Assembly (NCBI GenBank): GCA_951406725.2
Contig: CATOCA020000001.1
Location: forward strand, 10,788,001-10,852,000
DNA length: 64,000 bases
Reading direction: 5' to 3'
Origin: Octopus vulgaris
Lineage: Eukaryota
Shown here: positions 51,089-64,000 of the stretch, in pieces
How the letters are laid out: each line of letters opens with the position of its first letter
How positions within the stretch are numbered: position 1 is the first letter of the stretch
The notes under the pieces: generated by a model
What the model was told of the DNA's origin: nothing
What the model saw: only the letters and a program-made list of their open reading frames with translations
Databases searched by the model: none
Position numbers and translations under genes: made by a program

Positions 51089-53559
51089 TGTATATGTGAG
51101 CGTGTGTCTACATGTATGTGAATACATGCACAAGTGTACGAGGCGAAACATCCAAACACACACACAAACACACATATATATATATATATATATATAGGTA
51201 TATAAATACTTATATATGTATTCATACACATTTAGATATATACACACACATAAGCACACACATATATCAATGTGTATACATTTTCTTTAATTCTTTTACT
51301 TGTTGAAGTCATTTGCCTGAGTCCATGCTGGAGCACAATATCATAAGCCTTTAAGCCCAATACATTGACATCAGGGATTATTCTTTGTAAGCCAAGTACT
51401 TATTTTATTGTCCGCTTTTGCCGAACCGCAATGTTAAGGAGGGGGCGTAAAAACCTGCTGTAAGTTATGAAAGGGTAACAAACATAGTCGCGAAGACAGA
51501 CACACACATACACAAACAAACAAACTCACACACACTTATGCATCAACATATATATATATATATATATATAACGAACTTCTTTCGGTTTTTTCGTCTACCA
51601 AATCCACTCGTACGGCTTTGGTCAGCCCGAGGCTATAGTAGAAGACACTTTCCCAAATTGCCATGCAGTGAAACTGAACCTGGATCTATCTGCTTGCGAA
51701 CCATCTATCTTACCACATAGCCACGCCTATGCATGTGTGTTTATGTATAAGTCTTTATACAGGATGAACAAGACAAACAAATATTTAAATAATAATTCTG
51801 ACGTGCATGTAACAATGTTATGGTTGCTTGGAACCAAATGCTCACCGACAAATGATTGTCAGGAACAACATTATTCTATTAAGTTGCATAGTTATAGAAT
51901 GATAGAGAGAGAGAGAAAAATAAATCATATATATATGTGTGTGTAGATACAAATGTTAAATCTTAAAAGAAAAGTAACAAAAATTTATTTACCTTTATAA
52001 AGCCGACTCCAAATATTACTTCAGTTTCAAATTTTTTTACAGAAATTAAAAGTCTTATCCACTTATCTGAATATTCTATTGCCTCATATAAATTTTTTGT
52101 CTCACCTTCCAGCTTCTATCCGAAATGCATACTGAATGAAATATCCTGTTGTAATAATTCTCTATATTTTTTAAACGAGAGTGGCAGTATTTTCCCTTGA
52201 TGTATGTGATTGGCTGAAATACTTTAATATCCGGAAAATAAATCCATATTCCAGCTAGTCACCATTCCTACGTCAAGTGTTGAAATGGTCGCTGTGTAAC
52301 ATAAGATGAAGTGTTCTGCGCACAATACACCACTCGTCCCAGGATCTGAAATCATGACCTTAATCACGATTTCATGTGTCCTCGACTTCAATTATATTAC
52401 CAAAATGGTATTTTTCATATGTCCTGGCAACACCCAGAGAATATTCTTATCTACTTGACGCTTTTCTAAAACAAACGCCATTGTTTTTATCGATTATTGG
52501 GATTGCGATATCTGCTCAAAGACACGACCTCATCTCTCTAGTTACTAAAATGCAAACCCAACCAATTTTCCTCGTTTCCCAGAATATATTTCAGTTGGTT
52601 GTAAAGTATTCTAGTTGTTCACTGGCGGAAAGACTATGACCACAGGCGTTTCGGTCATGATCATCCCGTTGATTTATTTACATCGTAATGTGTGTCCTAT
52701 TCTTTCCGTGGTTAAGACGATAGGGGTGAGACAATGGAATATCATTGTCTCAAATGCTTACGATAGGGCTGATAGCGCAAATGTTCAAGTAATGGACATT
52801 CATTAGTCCTGAAACCTACATCTACAATAATTATTGTATGACATCACATGATGTGAATGTTAATTTTCATAGATCTCTCCGAAATATTAGTCCGGCCTTA
52901 CTATCAAGATGAACCTTCAATTTATTAAATGACATCTAGGACTGAATTATTCTGCTACTAGCAGAAGAATGAAAGCGATATATTCTACGTGGTTTAATCT
53001 CCATATGTGTAACTTTCATGTACATGGGTTATCTCAAGTGCAGCATTCTCTGTATGGTTTAGGGGCGTCCAGTTCACCCTGTGTAACTTGCCGGAGGTCT
53101 CACACAGCAGATGCAGGTATTAGAGGGTAAAGACGGTACTGAATCCCTAAGCTGTTCACGTGTGAATCCGCATATCAATTTATTATTATTCCATATACAA
53201 ACAACAGTTTAGATTGTGTGAGTACGTTTGTGTATATATACATATATACATAATTAAGATTTTGCTTACAAACTTTGTCTCCCTTTTCAGCTTCCTTTCA
53301 GCAACCAAAACCATGTCTCAATATTACTATTTCCTGCAACTATCTTTGCCAATCTACCAGGGAAAGACATTCTCTTGTCAGTTAGATAATCTCTCTTCTT
53401 TTTTCTGGTTTTAATTTCATTTGGCTTTTTCCTTTCCTGTCTCCTACTGTAACTCTTGCAACTCATAAATTATATTCACTATTATATACATCAACTCTAG
53501 CTAACTCTACGGTACCTTCTGCTGATATTAAACCTCACCCACCTTCGTTATTCTAAGTA

Positions 53560-53870
53560 AATCTTGCTCTTCGTAATCGAGGCTGAAGTCCTCCATTCAT
53601 ATCGAATTCCTTCCTAGTTATTTTGTCAAGATTTGCAAATTGAGATCTTTCCAATCAACAAAATCTGCTGAATACCGAAGTAACCATACTTCCCAAAGTT
53701 TTACAACCTTTACTAGATTTAGAACACTAAGCTTTCCCTTTATTAGCTTCTTTTCCCTTCCGATGTACTCCTTATCTATTTCCATTGTTAGTACACTCTC
53801 AGATTCTAATACTCCGAAGCACTTATGATTCTCTGCCTTCAGTGATTTTACTCTCTTGCTATCTGACATT
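53560..53870 (-). mobile_element. R4/Dong-like RT fragment (duplicated at ~62990-63300)
   Basis: Reads EYI.R.KKLIK.KL...NL.K.V..W.V.LLRYSA.FVDW...LDK.TRK...MNGGL.PR. Confidence 0.7.
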
Positions 53871-56757
53871 CACTGCTGACTATCTGTCCCCTTTTTATGA
53901 CTTATGTGGCGCACATATCTATGCCAAATTCCTATATCTTTGCTGAAGAATCTTACAATTCTTGTTCCTATAGATATACACACTTATGTGTGAATATATA
54001 TAGGAATATGCCACTGCATATATGTGTGCATATGTTAGTGCGTGTATGTATATGTAGGTCTCTCTCTCTATGCATGTGTGTGTATACATTCGTCCCCTTA
54101 ACCCCTAAGTCAAACACATCCTCACTATAAAAACTAATCTCTATATACTCTCATATGTTTCTCATTCGCCAAATAATAGACTCTTCCAAGGCCTTCCAAA
54201 TCTGATTCACTTTCTATTCAAAGATGCAACTGATAACTTCCATTATCCTTTGCCAGGGACTTTCCTAGAAACTTTACTAACTCTTCGATCACGAAAATAC
54301 CCAACACATTTATCTGAGAATTCCATGGTTTCCCAAAAGACTGGTAACGAATAATATCCTCGATAAAGGATATTATGCATTTCTGCATTTTCTTCTTCTT
54401 CTTTCTCCAATAACGGAATGATTTGCTCAGATGGAATTCTTTACTCAATAACATGCTTAGCTATTCTAGAAACAGCTCTAAGAGACTTTGCCAATTTCTA
54501 TAACCACTCTGCACAGTTCTTTTATTTGTTTCAGCCATTTCACTGCGGCCATGCTGGAGCACTGCCTTTTTAATCGAACTTATTATTTGTAAGACTTGTA
54601 CTTATTCTATGCGTCTCCTTTACTGAACCACTAAATTACGGGGACGTAAATTCACCAACATCGGTTGTCAAGCGATGTTGGTGGACAAACACAGACACAC
54701 AAACTCACACACACACACACACCCACGCACATGATGGTCTTCTTTCAGTTTCAGTCTTCCAGATCCACTAACAAGGCTTAGGTCGGCCCGAGGCTATAGT
54801 AGAACGCATTTTCCCAGTGTGCCACGCAGTGGGACTGAACCCCGAACCATGTGATTGGTAAGCACGCTACTTACTAAACAGCCACTCCAGCACCTATACT
54901 TATATTATAAATTATAAAATGAATGTTCTTGATTAACGCTAAATATTTTACTTGATCATTATCTGTTATAATTTATGTCCCTCCGCTCAATGATCAATCA
55001 CTTCATATCACCTTTCATACACAATTTCTGCACCACATTTTTCTGTTCAAGCCGGTGTTTTAGTGGTAAACCAAACTGAACAGCCACACTACATATGACC
55101 TTTTAAATGATTTTCTTTTGTATCAACGCTAAGGTATAATATATACTTTTATGTGGCTTTGGGGAGTGGCATGAAACGGATTTCTTCTATTTGTATGTGC
55201 TTCAATTACTTGTGTAACGAACAATTGCTTCAACGAACATGGCTCGGAAAGGATTATGTGTATATATAAAGATGCCACTGGTTTGAGAAGTTTTGAGTCG
55301 AACTAATTCTATACTTAATTTTTTAAGCCTGTTACTTATTTTATAGGAGTATTTCGGTGAAACTCTAAGTTACCGGAACGTAAACACACCAACACAGTTC
55401 ATATATACATAAACCCAGGCAGACATACTTGTAGGAGAGGCTGTATGGTAAGAAACACATGGTTCCGGATTCGGTCCCACGGCGTGACACCTTGGCTGAG
55501 TGTCTTCTGCTATAGCCTAGGGCCGACCAAATCCATGTGAGTGGATTTCATAGATGGAAACACAAATGAGCCCGTCGTATGTGTGTGTGTGTGTATTTGT
55601 GTGTCTATATTTGTCCCTCCACCATCCCCTGACAACCGATGTTGGTGTGCTTACGTACCTTTAACCTAGCGGTTCTGGAAGAGAAACTGATACAATAAGT
55701 ACAAGGCTTACAATGATTAAGTCCTAGAGTCGATTTGTTCGACTAAAGGCGGAGCTCCAACATGGCTGCAGTCAAATGACTGAAACAAGTAAAAGAATAG
55801 TCACGATGGGCTTCTTTCAGTTTCCATCTACCAAATCCACTCCAGAAGATTTTGAGAGTCCAATGGCTACAGTAGAAGACATGTTCGTAGTGTGCCACGC
55901 AGTGGAAATGAATCCGAAACCAGATTTGGAAGCAAGCATCTAACCACACAGCCGCGCCTAAACATGCCCCCCTACACAGATTCAATCCAAGGAAACACGC
56001 AAAAAGATGAGACACTCTCCAAGCCGTTCACTTTATAATTTGTTAAAACCATTAACATGGTGTCCATTAGTGAGTGATGCTGTGTTTTGTTTTATTTCTC
56101 CTACACATTGATTTCAAATTTTGGCACAACACCAGCAATTTCGGGGGAGAGAGTAAGTTGATTACATCGACCCCAGTACATAACTGATATTGATTTCATC
56201 GACCCCGAAAGGATAAAAGGCCAAGACAACCTCGGCGGAATATTTCTACTTAATATTTAATATTATTACGGTCATGCATTTTTGAAATTGGGTGTTAAAA
56301 CAGAAATTCTTCTATTTGGAGATGGTCGTCTGTTGCCAATGAAAACACACGCAATATATATTTAATCCTCACTTTATTATTATTATTATTATTATTATTA
56401 TTGTTGGTACGCCGGGCCAAACGCTTAGAAGTATTTCATCTGCGGTTACGTTCTGAGTTCAAATTCCGCCGAGGTCGACTTTGCCTTTCATCATTTCGCA
56501 GTCGATTAAGTAGGTACCAGTTACACACTGGTGTCGATATGATCGACTTAATCCGTTTGTCTGTCCATGTTTGGCCTCTCTCTGTTTAGCACCTTGTGGG
56601 CAGAAAAGAAATCGGTATTTCCTTTGTCTTTACGTTCTGAGTTCAAATTCCGCCGAGGTTGACTTTGCTTTTCATCCTTTCGGGGACGATAAATTAAGTA
56701 CCAGTTACACACTGGGATCGATGTAATGGACTTGTCCTTCTGCTTCCAGTAGACTGG

Positions 56758-57277
<520 letters not shown>

Positions 57278-57425
57278 GTTTATTTAAATTCTTTCGTCTC
57301 ACATAATATGATCTCCTTGGCGTCTCTCTGCTCCACCTGTTTCTTCTTATTCCGCTTATTCTCGATTAAAAATTATTAAATGTCTACTTATCTACTGTTT
57401 GTCAAGTGGTTTGTTTATCAAATAA

Positions 57426-57476
57426 TTTATACTCGGAACAATTGTACATATTTCCCTGGTTAAAACGGAATTTCCC
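57426..57476 (-). promoter_or_regulatory. Candidate kappaB + TATAAA module, copy 4
   Basis: Same motifs and spacing. Confidence 0.35.
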
Positions 57477-57794
57477 ACTTGGTGCAGCTACGTAATTTAG
57501 TAAGTGTTTGCAAGTGCTATGAAACTTGGGAAGCGGATTTTGAACGACGCAAATGTCTCGTATTGACAAATGCAAGTTGATTGTTGCATTCAGAATTCGG
57601 ACAAGGAGTAGACGGAATGGGTAGCGAAGGTCGGTGGAGGGTGTTGAAACCCTTTTGGTGAGAGGAGGAATACAGACAAATGAATACACGCAGATACAGA
57701 ACACACACACCCACACATACACACTAAACACACACATTCACACACACACACACACACACACACAACACACACACACACACACACACATCACACA

Positions 57795-57840
<46 letters not shown>

Positions 57841-58082
57841 GGAGAGAGAGAGACTTTTAGGGGGGCCAACCAGATCGACCCATCTCAAGTGTAACTGCCC
57901 GAGATGGTCGTGACTTCTGGGACTTGACTGAGGAAAGAAAGCCACGAATGAGCCGTCTTTTTTTGCCTGTCCTTCTAATCGTTGTTTCTCCTGCCCGCCT
58001 TTCTATCGTCTATCAGTCCGAATCTTTCATTGTCTTCTATTGCGTTTTTTTACCATTTATATATGTATGTGTGTGTGTATGA

Positions 58083-58116
<34 letters not shown>

Positions 58117-58259
58117 CTATCTATCAATCTATTTATAGAAGTTTCTATTTGTTTATCTGTCTAATTATTATTCTATTTATTATCTCTTTCTCTATTTCTT
58201 TCATTTTCTTTCCCTCTCTCTCTGTTCCCCACTTTCTTTTTCTCTCCTTCTGTCTTTCT

Positions 58260-58298
<39 letters not shown>

Positions 58299-58421
58299 GT
58301 TGCTATTTTTAGTGTGCTGGTGCTTCTTGTAGGACCTTTAATTATTAATTAATGAGGCTTTACCTTATGGGATTGTTTTTACGCATGCTTGCGACTTGAT
58401 ATTATTGGAAGCAATAATATC

Positions 58422-58508
<87 letters not shown>

Positions 58509-60426
58509 GCATATAAATACATACACACACACATATATATATATATATATTCACTAATACACAGGTGTGTATAGAAGAATATATTATTAAACATGGTACA
58601 TGGCATATGTAGGTGTGACAGCAACCCAGGAATCACTCTTATCTACTAGGCGTTTTCCCGAAGCAACACCCACTGAATTCTCAGGGATCCCCAAAACGAT
58701 CTGAGCGTTACTCCTAAGAGATGCCTCTCGTCAGCTAACGATATGGCGTTGTATCATGTACTGATAGAAAGACTGACGCAGAAAATTACGGAGTTTGGTG
58801 TGGTGATACAAAGTCTGAGAACGAAGCCAACCTTAGGTACATATGTTTGTTTGATTTTTTGTGTTTTACTTAGGGTGTTGTGGTCGACGTTGTTGTTTGC
58901 CCTGATCGTAGTTTTGCACAAAGTCATTCCAACTCTAGCCACCTAATTCTATTGAATCATATAAGATTTTTGTCTCACGTCTCAGCTGCTATCCGAAAAG
59001 TATACACAATGAAGTACCCGTTTGAAATAATTCTCTATTTTTTTTTAAAACGAGAGTGGCAGTAATTTTCCTTGATGTTTGTGATTGGCTGAAATTCTTT
59101 AATATCTGGAAAATAAATCTATTTTCCAGCTATTCACCATTCCTACACGTCAAGTATTGAAATGGTGTCCGTGCAACATGAGATGAAGTGTTCTGCGCGC
59201 AATACACCTCCCGTTGCAGGATTTGAAATCACAACCTTGTTATCGAGAGCAGCACCTTTAACCACGATGTTATGTATTCTCGACTTCTATTATATTACCA
59301 AAATGGTATTCTTCATATGTCCTGCAACACCCAGAGAATATTCTTATCTACTTGACACATTTCTAAAACAAACGCCATTGTTTTTATCGATTATTGGGAT
59401 GGCGATATCTGCTCAAAGACACGACCTCATCTCTCGAGTTACTAAAATGCAAACCCGACGAATTTCCCTCCTTTCCCAGAATATATTTCAGTTGGTTGTA
59501 AAAGATGCTTGTTGTTCACTGACGAGAAGACTATGATCAGAGGCGTTTCCGTCATGATCATCCCGTCGATTTACATATATTGCAATTGGTGTTGTGTTCT
59601 TTCCGTTGTTAAGACGGTAGGGCGTGAGACAATGGAATATCATTGTCTCAAATGCTTACGATAGGGCTGATAGCGCAAATATACAAGTAATGGACATTCA
59701 TTAGTCCTGAAACCTACATCTACAATCATTATTGTAATACATCACATGATGTGGATGTTAATTTTCATAGATCTTTCCGATGTATAAGTTCGACCTTTCT
59801 ATCAAGATGAACCATCAATATATTAAATGACGTCTGGGACTTCCTTAGGGTCCGTCTACAATACCCACTCACAAGTCTTTGCTCGGACAGAGTCTATAGT
59901 ATAACAAACTTTCCCAGGTTGCCATGCAGCGAAGCTAAACCTGGATCTAAGTGCTTACGGAGCAAGTTTCTTACCACATAGCCACGCCTATGCATGTGTG
60001 TTTATGTATAAGTCTATATATAGGATGAACAGGACAAACAAATGTTTAACTAATAGTTTTTACATGCGTGTAACAACGTTATGGTTGCTTGGAAAAGAAA
60101 AGTAACAAAAATTGATTTATCTATTCGCGTTCTGAGTTCTATCCTGTCGAACTCCCATTTGCCTTTCATTTCTCAGAGGTACTGAAGTCCAATTAGTCGA
60201 CAGTCCACCTTCCCCACAAAACACAACTACTGGCATTCTACCTAAACCCGAAACCACTTTATAGGTGCAATCTAGGATTTTACGCCGAAGAATTGGTATG
60301 CGGTGTCATATGTAATCATGTATGGTATATAAAGATGCATAGGATATATATACATACAGAAACACGCACAAATATGTGTGCGTGTATGAGTGTGTGTGCA
60401 TATGAGTGTGTGTATGTATGTACGTT

Positions 60427-60466
<40 letters not shown>

Positions 60467-60530
60467 TGTATATGTGAGCGTGTGTCTACATGTATGTGAA
60501 TACATGCACAAGTGTACGAGGCGAAACATC

Positions 60531-60598
<68 letters not shown>

Positions 60599-60945
60599 GG
60601 TATATAAATACTTATATATGTATTCATACGCATTTAGATATATACACACACATAAGCACACACATATATCAATGTGTATACTTTTTCTTTAATTCTTTTA
60701 CTTGTTGAAGTCATTTGCCTGCGTCCATGCTGGAGCACAATATCATAAGCCTTTAAGCCCAATACATTGACATCAGGGATTATTCTTTGTAAGCCAAGTA
60801 CTTATTTTATTGTCCGCTTTTGCCGAACCGCAATGTTAAGGAGGGGGCGTAAAAACCTGCTGTAAGTTATGAAAGGGTAACAAACATAGTCGCGAAGACA
60901 GACACACACATACACAAACAAACAAACTCACACACACTTATGCAT

Positions 60946-61005
<60 letters not shown>

Positions 61006-64000
61006 CGAACTTCTTTCGGTTTTTTCGTCTACCAAATCCACTCGTACGGCTTTGGTCAGCCCGAGGCTATAGTAGAAGACACTTTCCCAAATTGCCATGC
61101 AGTGAAACTGAACCTGGATCTATCTGCTTGCGAACCATCTATCTTACCACATAGCCACGCCTATGCATGTGTGTTTATGTATAAGTCTTTATACAGGATG
61201 AACAAGACAAACAAATATTTAAATAATAATTCTGACGTGCATGTAACAATGTTATGGTTGCTTGGAACCAAATGCTCACCGACAAATGATTGTCAGGAAC
61301 AACATTATTCTATTAAGTTGCATAGTTATAGAATGATAGAGAGAGAGAGAAAAATAAATCATATATACATGTGTGTGTAGATACAAATGTTAAATCTTAA
61401 AAGAAAAGTAACAAAAATTTATTTACCTTTATAAAGCCGACTCCAAATATTACTTCAGTTTCAAATTTTTTTACAGAAATTAAAAGTCTTATCCACTTAT
61501 CTGAATATTCTATTGCCTCATATAAATTTTTTGTCTCACCTTCCAGCTTCTATCCGAAATGCATACTGAATGAAATATCCTGTTGTAATAATTCTCTATA
61601 TTTTTTAAACGAGAGTGGCTTTTCCCTTGATGTATGTGATTGGCTGAAATACTTTAATATCCGGAAAATAAATCCATATTCCAGCTAGTCACCATTCCTA
61701 CACGTCAAGTGTTGAAATGGTCGCTGTGTAACATAAGATGAAGTGTTCTGCGCACAATACACCACTCGTCCCAGGATCTGAAATCATGACCTTAATCACG
61801 ATTTCATGTGTCCTCGACTTCAATTATATTACCAAAATGGTATTTTTCATATGTCCTGGCAACACCCAGAGAATATTCTTATCTACTTGACGCTTTTCTA
61901 AAACAAACGCCATTGTTTTTATCGATTATTGGGATTGCGATATCTGCTCAAAGACACGACCTCATCTCTCTAGTTACTAAAATGCAAACCCAACCAATTT
62001 TCCTCGTTTCCCAGAATATATTTCAGTTGGTTGTAAAGTATTCTAGTTGTTCACTGGCGGAAAGACTATGACCGCAGGCGTTTCGGTCATGATCATCCCG
62101 TTGATTTATTTACATCGTAATGTGTTCTATTCTTTCCGTGGTTAAGACGGTAGGGTGGTAGACAATGGAATATCATTGTCTCAAATGCTTACGATAGGGC
62201 TGATAGCGCAAATGTTCAAGTAATGGACATTCATTAGTCCTGAAACCTACATCTACAATAATTATTGTATGACATCACATGATGTGAATGTTAATTTTCA
62301 TAGATCTCTCCGAAATATTAGTCCGACCTTACTATCAAGATGACGCATCAATTTATTAAATGACATCTAGGCCTGAATTATTCTGCTACTAGCAGAAGAA
62401 TGAAAGCGATATATTCTACGTGGTTTACTCTCCATGTGTGTAACTTTCATGTACATGGGTTATCTCAAGTGCAGCATTCTCTGTATGGTTTAGGGGCGTC
62501 CAGTTCACCCTGTGTAACTTGCCGGAGGTCTCACACAGCAGATGCAGGTATTAGAGGGTAAAGACGGTACTGAATCCCTAAGCTGTTCACGTGAGAATCC
62601 GCATATCAATTTATTATTATTCCATATACAAACAACAGTTTATATTGTGTGAGTACGTTTGTGTATATATACATATATACATAATTAAGATTTTGCTTAC
62701 AAACTTTGTCTCCCTTTTCAGCTTCCTTTCAGCAACCATAACCATGTCTCAATATTACTATTTCCTGCAACTATCTTTGCCAATCTACCAGGGAAAAACA
62801 TTCTCTTGTCAGTTAGATAATCTCTCTTCTTTTTTCTGGTTTTAATTTCATTTGGCTTTTTCCTTTCCTGTCTCCTACTGTAACTCTTGCAACTCATAAA
62901 TTATATTCACTATTATATACATCAACTCTAGCTAACTCTACGGTACCTTCTGCTGATATTAAACCTCACCCACCTTCGTTATTCTAAGTAAATCTTGCTC
63001 TTCGTAATCGAGGCTGAAGTCCTCCATTCATATCGAATTCCTTCCTAGTTATTTTGTCAAGATTTGCAAATTGAGATCTTTTCCAATCAACAAAATCTGC
63101 TGAATACCGAAGTAACCATACTTCCCAAAGTTTTACAACCTTTTCTAGATTTAGAACACTAAGCTTTCCCTTTATTAGCTTCTTTTCCCTTCCGATGTAC
63201 TCCTTATCTATTTCCATTGTTAGGACACTCTCAGATTCTAATACTCCGAAGCACTTATGATTCTCTGCCTTCAGTGATTTTACTCTCTTGCTATCTGACA
63301 TTCACTGCTGACTATCTGTCCCCTTTTTATGACTTATGTGGCGCACATATCTATGCCAAATTCCTATATCTTTGCTGAAGAATCTTACAATTCTTGTTCC
63401 TATAGATATACACACTTCGTGTGAATATATATAGGAATATGCCACTGCATATATGTGTGTATATGTTAGTGCGTGTATGTATATATGTATGTCTGTATGC
63501 ATGTGTGCGTATACATTATCCCCTTAACCCCTAAGTCAAACACACCCTCACTATAAAAACTAATCTCCATATACTCTCATATGTTTCTCATTCGCCAAAT
63601 AATAGACTCTTCCAAGGCCTTCCAAATCTGATTCACTTTCTATTCAAAGATGCAACTGATAACTTCCATTATCCTTTGCCAGGGACTTTCCTGGAAACTT
63701 TACGAACTCCGATCACGAAAATACCCAACACATTTATCTGAGAATTCCATGGTTTCCCAAAAGACTGGTAACGAATAATATCCTCGATAAAGGATATAAT
63801 GCATTTCTGCATTTTCTTCTTCTTCTTTCTCCAATAACGGAATGATTTGCTTAGATGGAATTCTTTACTCAATAACATGCTTAGCTATTCTAGAAACCTC
63901 TATAAAAGACTTTGTGAATATTTGTAACCACTCTGCACAGTTCTTTTATTTGTTTCAGCCATTTCACTGCGGCAATGCTGGAGTCTTTTTAATCGAACAA

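Overview
Eukaryotic, AT-rich, repeat-dense DNA with no prokaryotic features. The abundant tRNA-derived SINEs and (TA)n/(CA)n/(TAA)n microsatellites look like an octopus (coleoid cephalopod) genome; this assignment is inferred from repeat recognition. Nearly all ORFs in the supplied track are microsatellite artefacts. Real content: (1) the 5' part of a minus-strand, multi-exon leucine-rich-repeat gene, with a signal peptide/LRRNT exon at 23482-23672, three 72-bp LRR exons (17364-17435, 14481-14552, 8397-8468) and an LRRCT exon (3981-4138), probably continuing left of the window. Two LRR exons come from a recent ~2.9-kb tandem duplication inside a ~9-kb GAA/GGA purine tract; their introns are ~2% diverged but the exons ~17%. 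(2) Decayed R4/Dong, RTE, CR1, Penelope-like and hAT elements, the hAT split by a solo LTR with a 4-bp TSD. (3) A 28.6-64 kb region built from ~8-9.4-kb tandem segmental copies, carrying four copies of a kappaB + TATA module that points toward the LRR gene. (4) The most striking signal: a 353-bp tandem array (43003-44364) in which every unit holds a canonical type I hammerhead ribozyme with a palindromic minimal stem III. This is a probable non-LTR retrozyme that would yield ~353-nt (circular) RNAs, inserted into a (TA)n tract of only one segmental copy.
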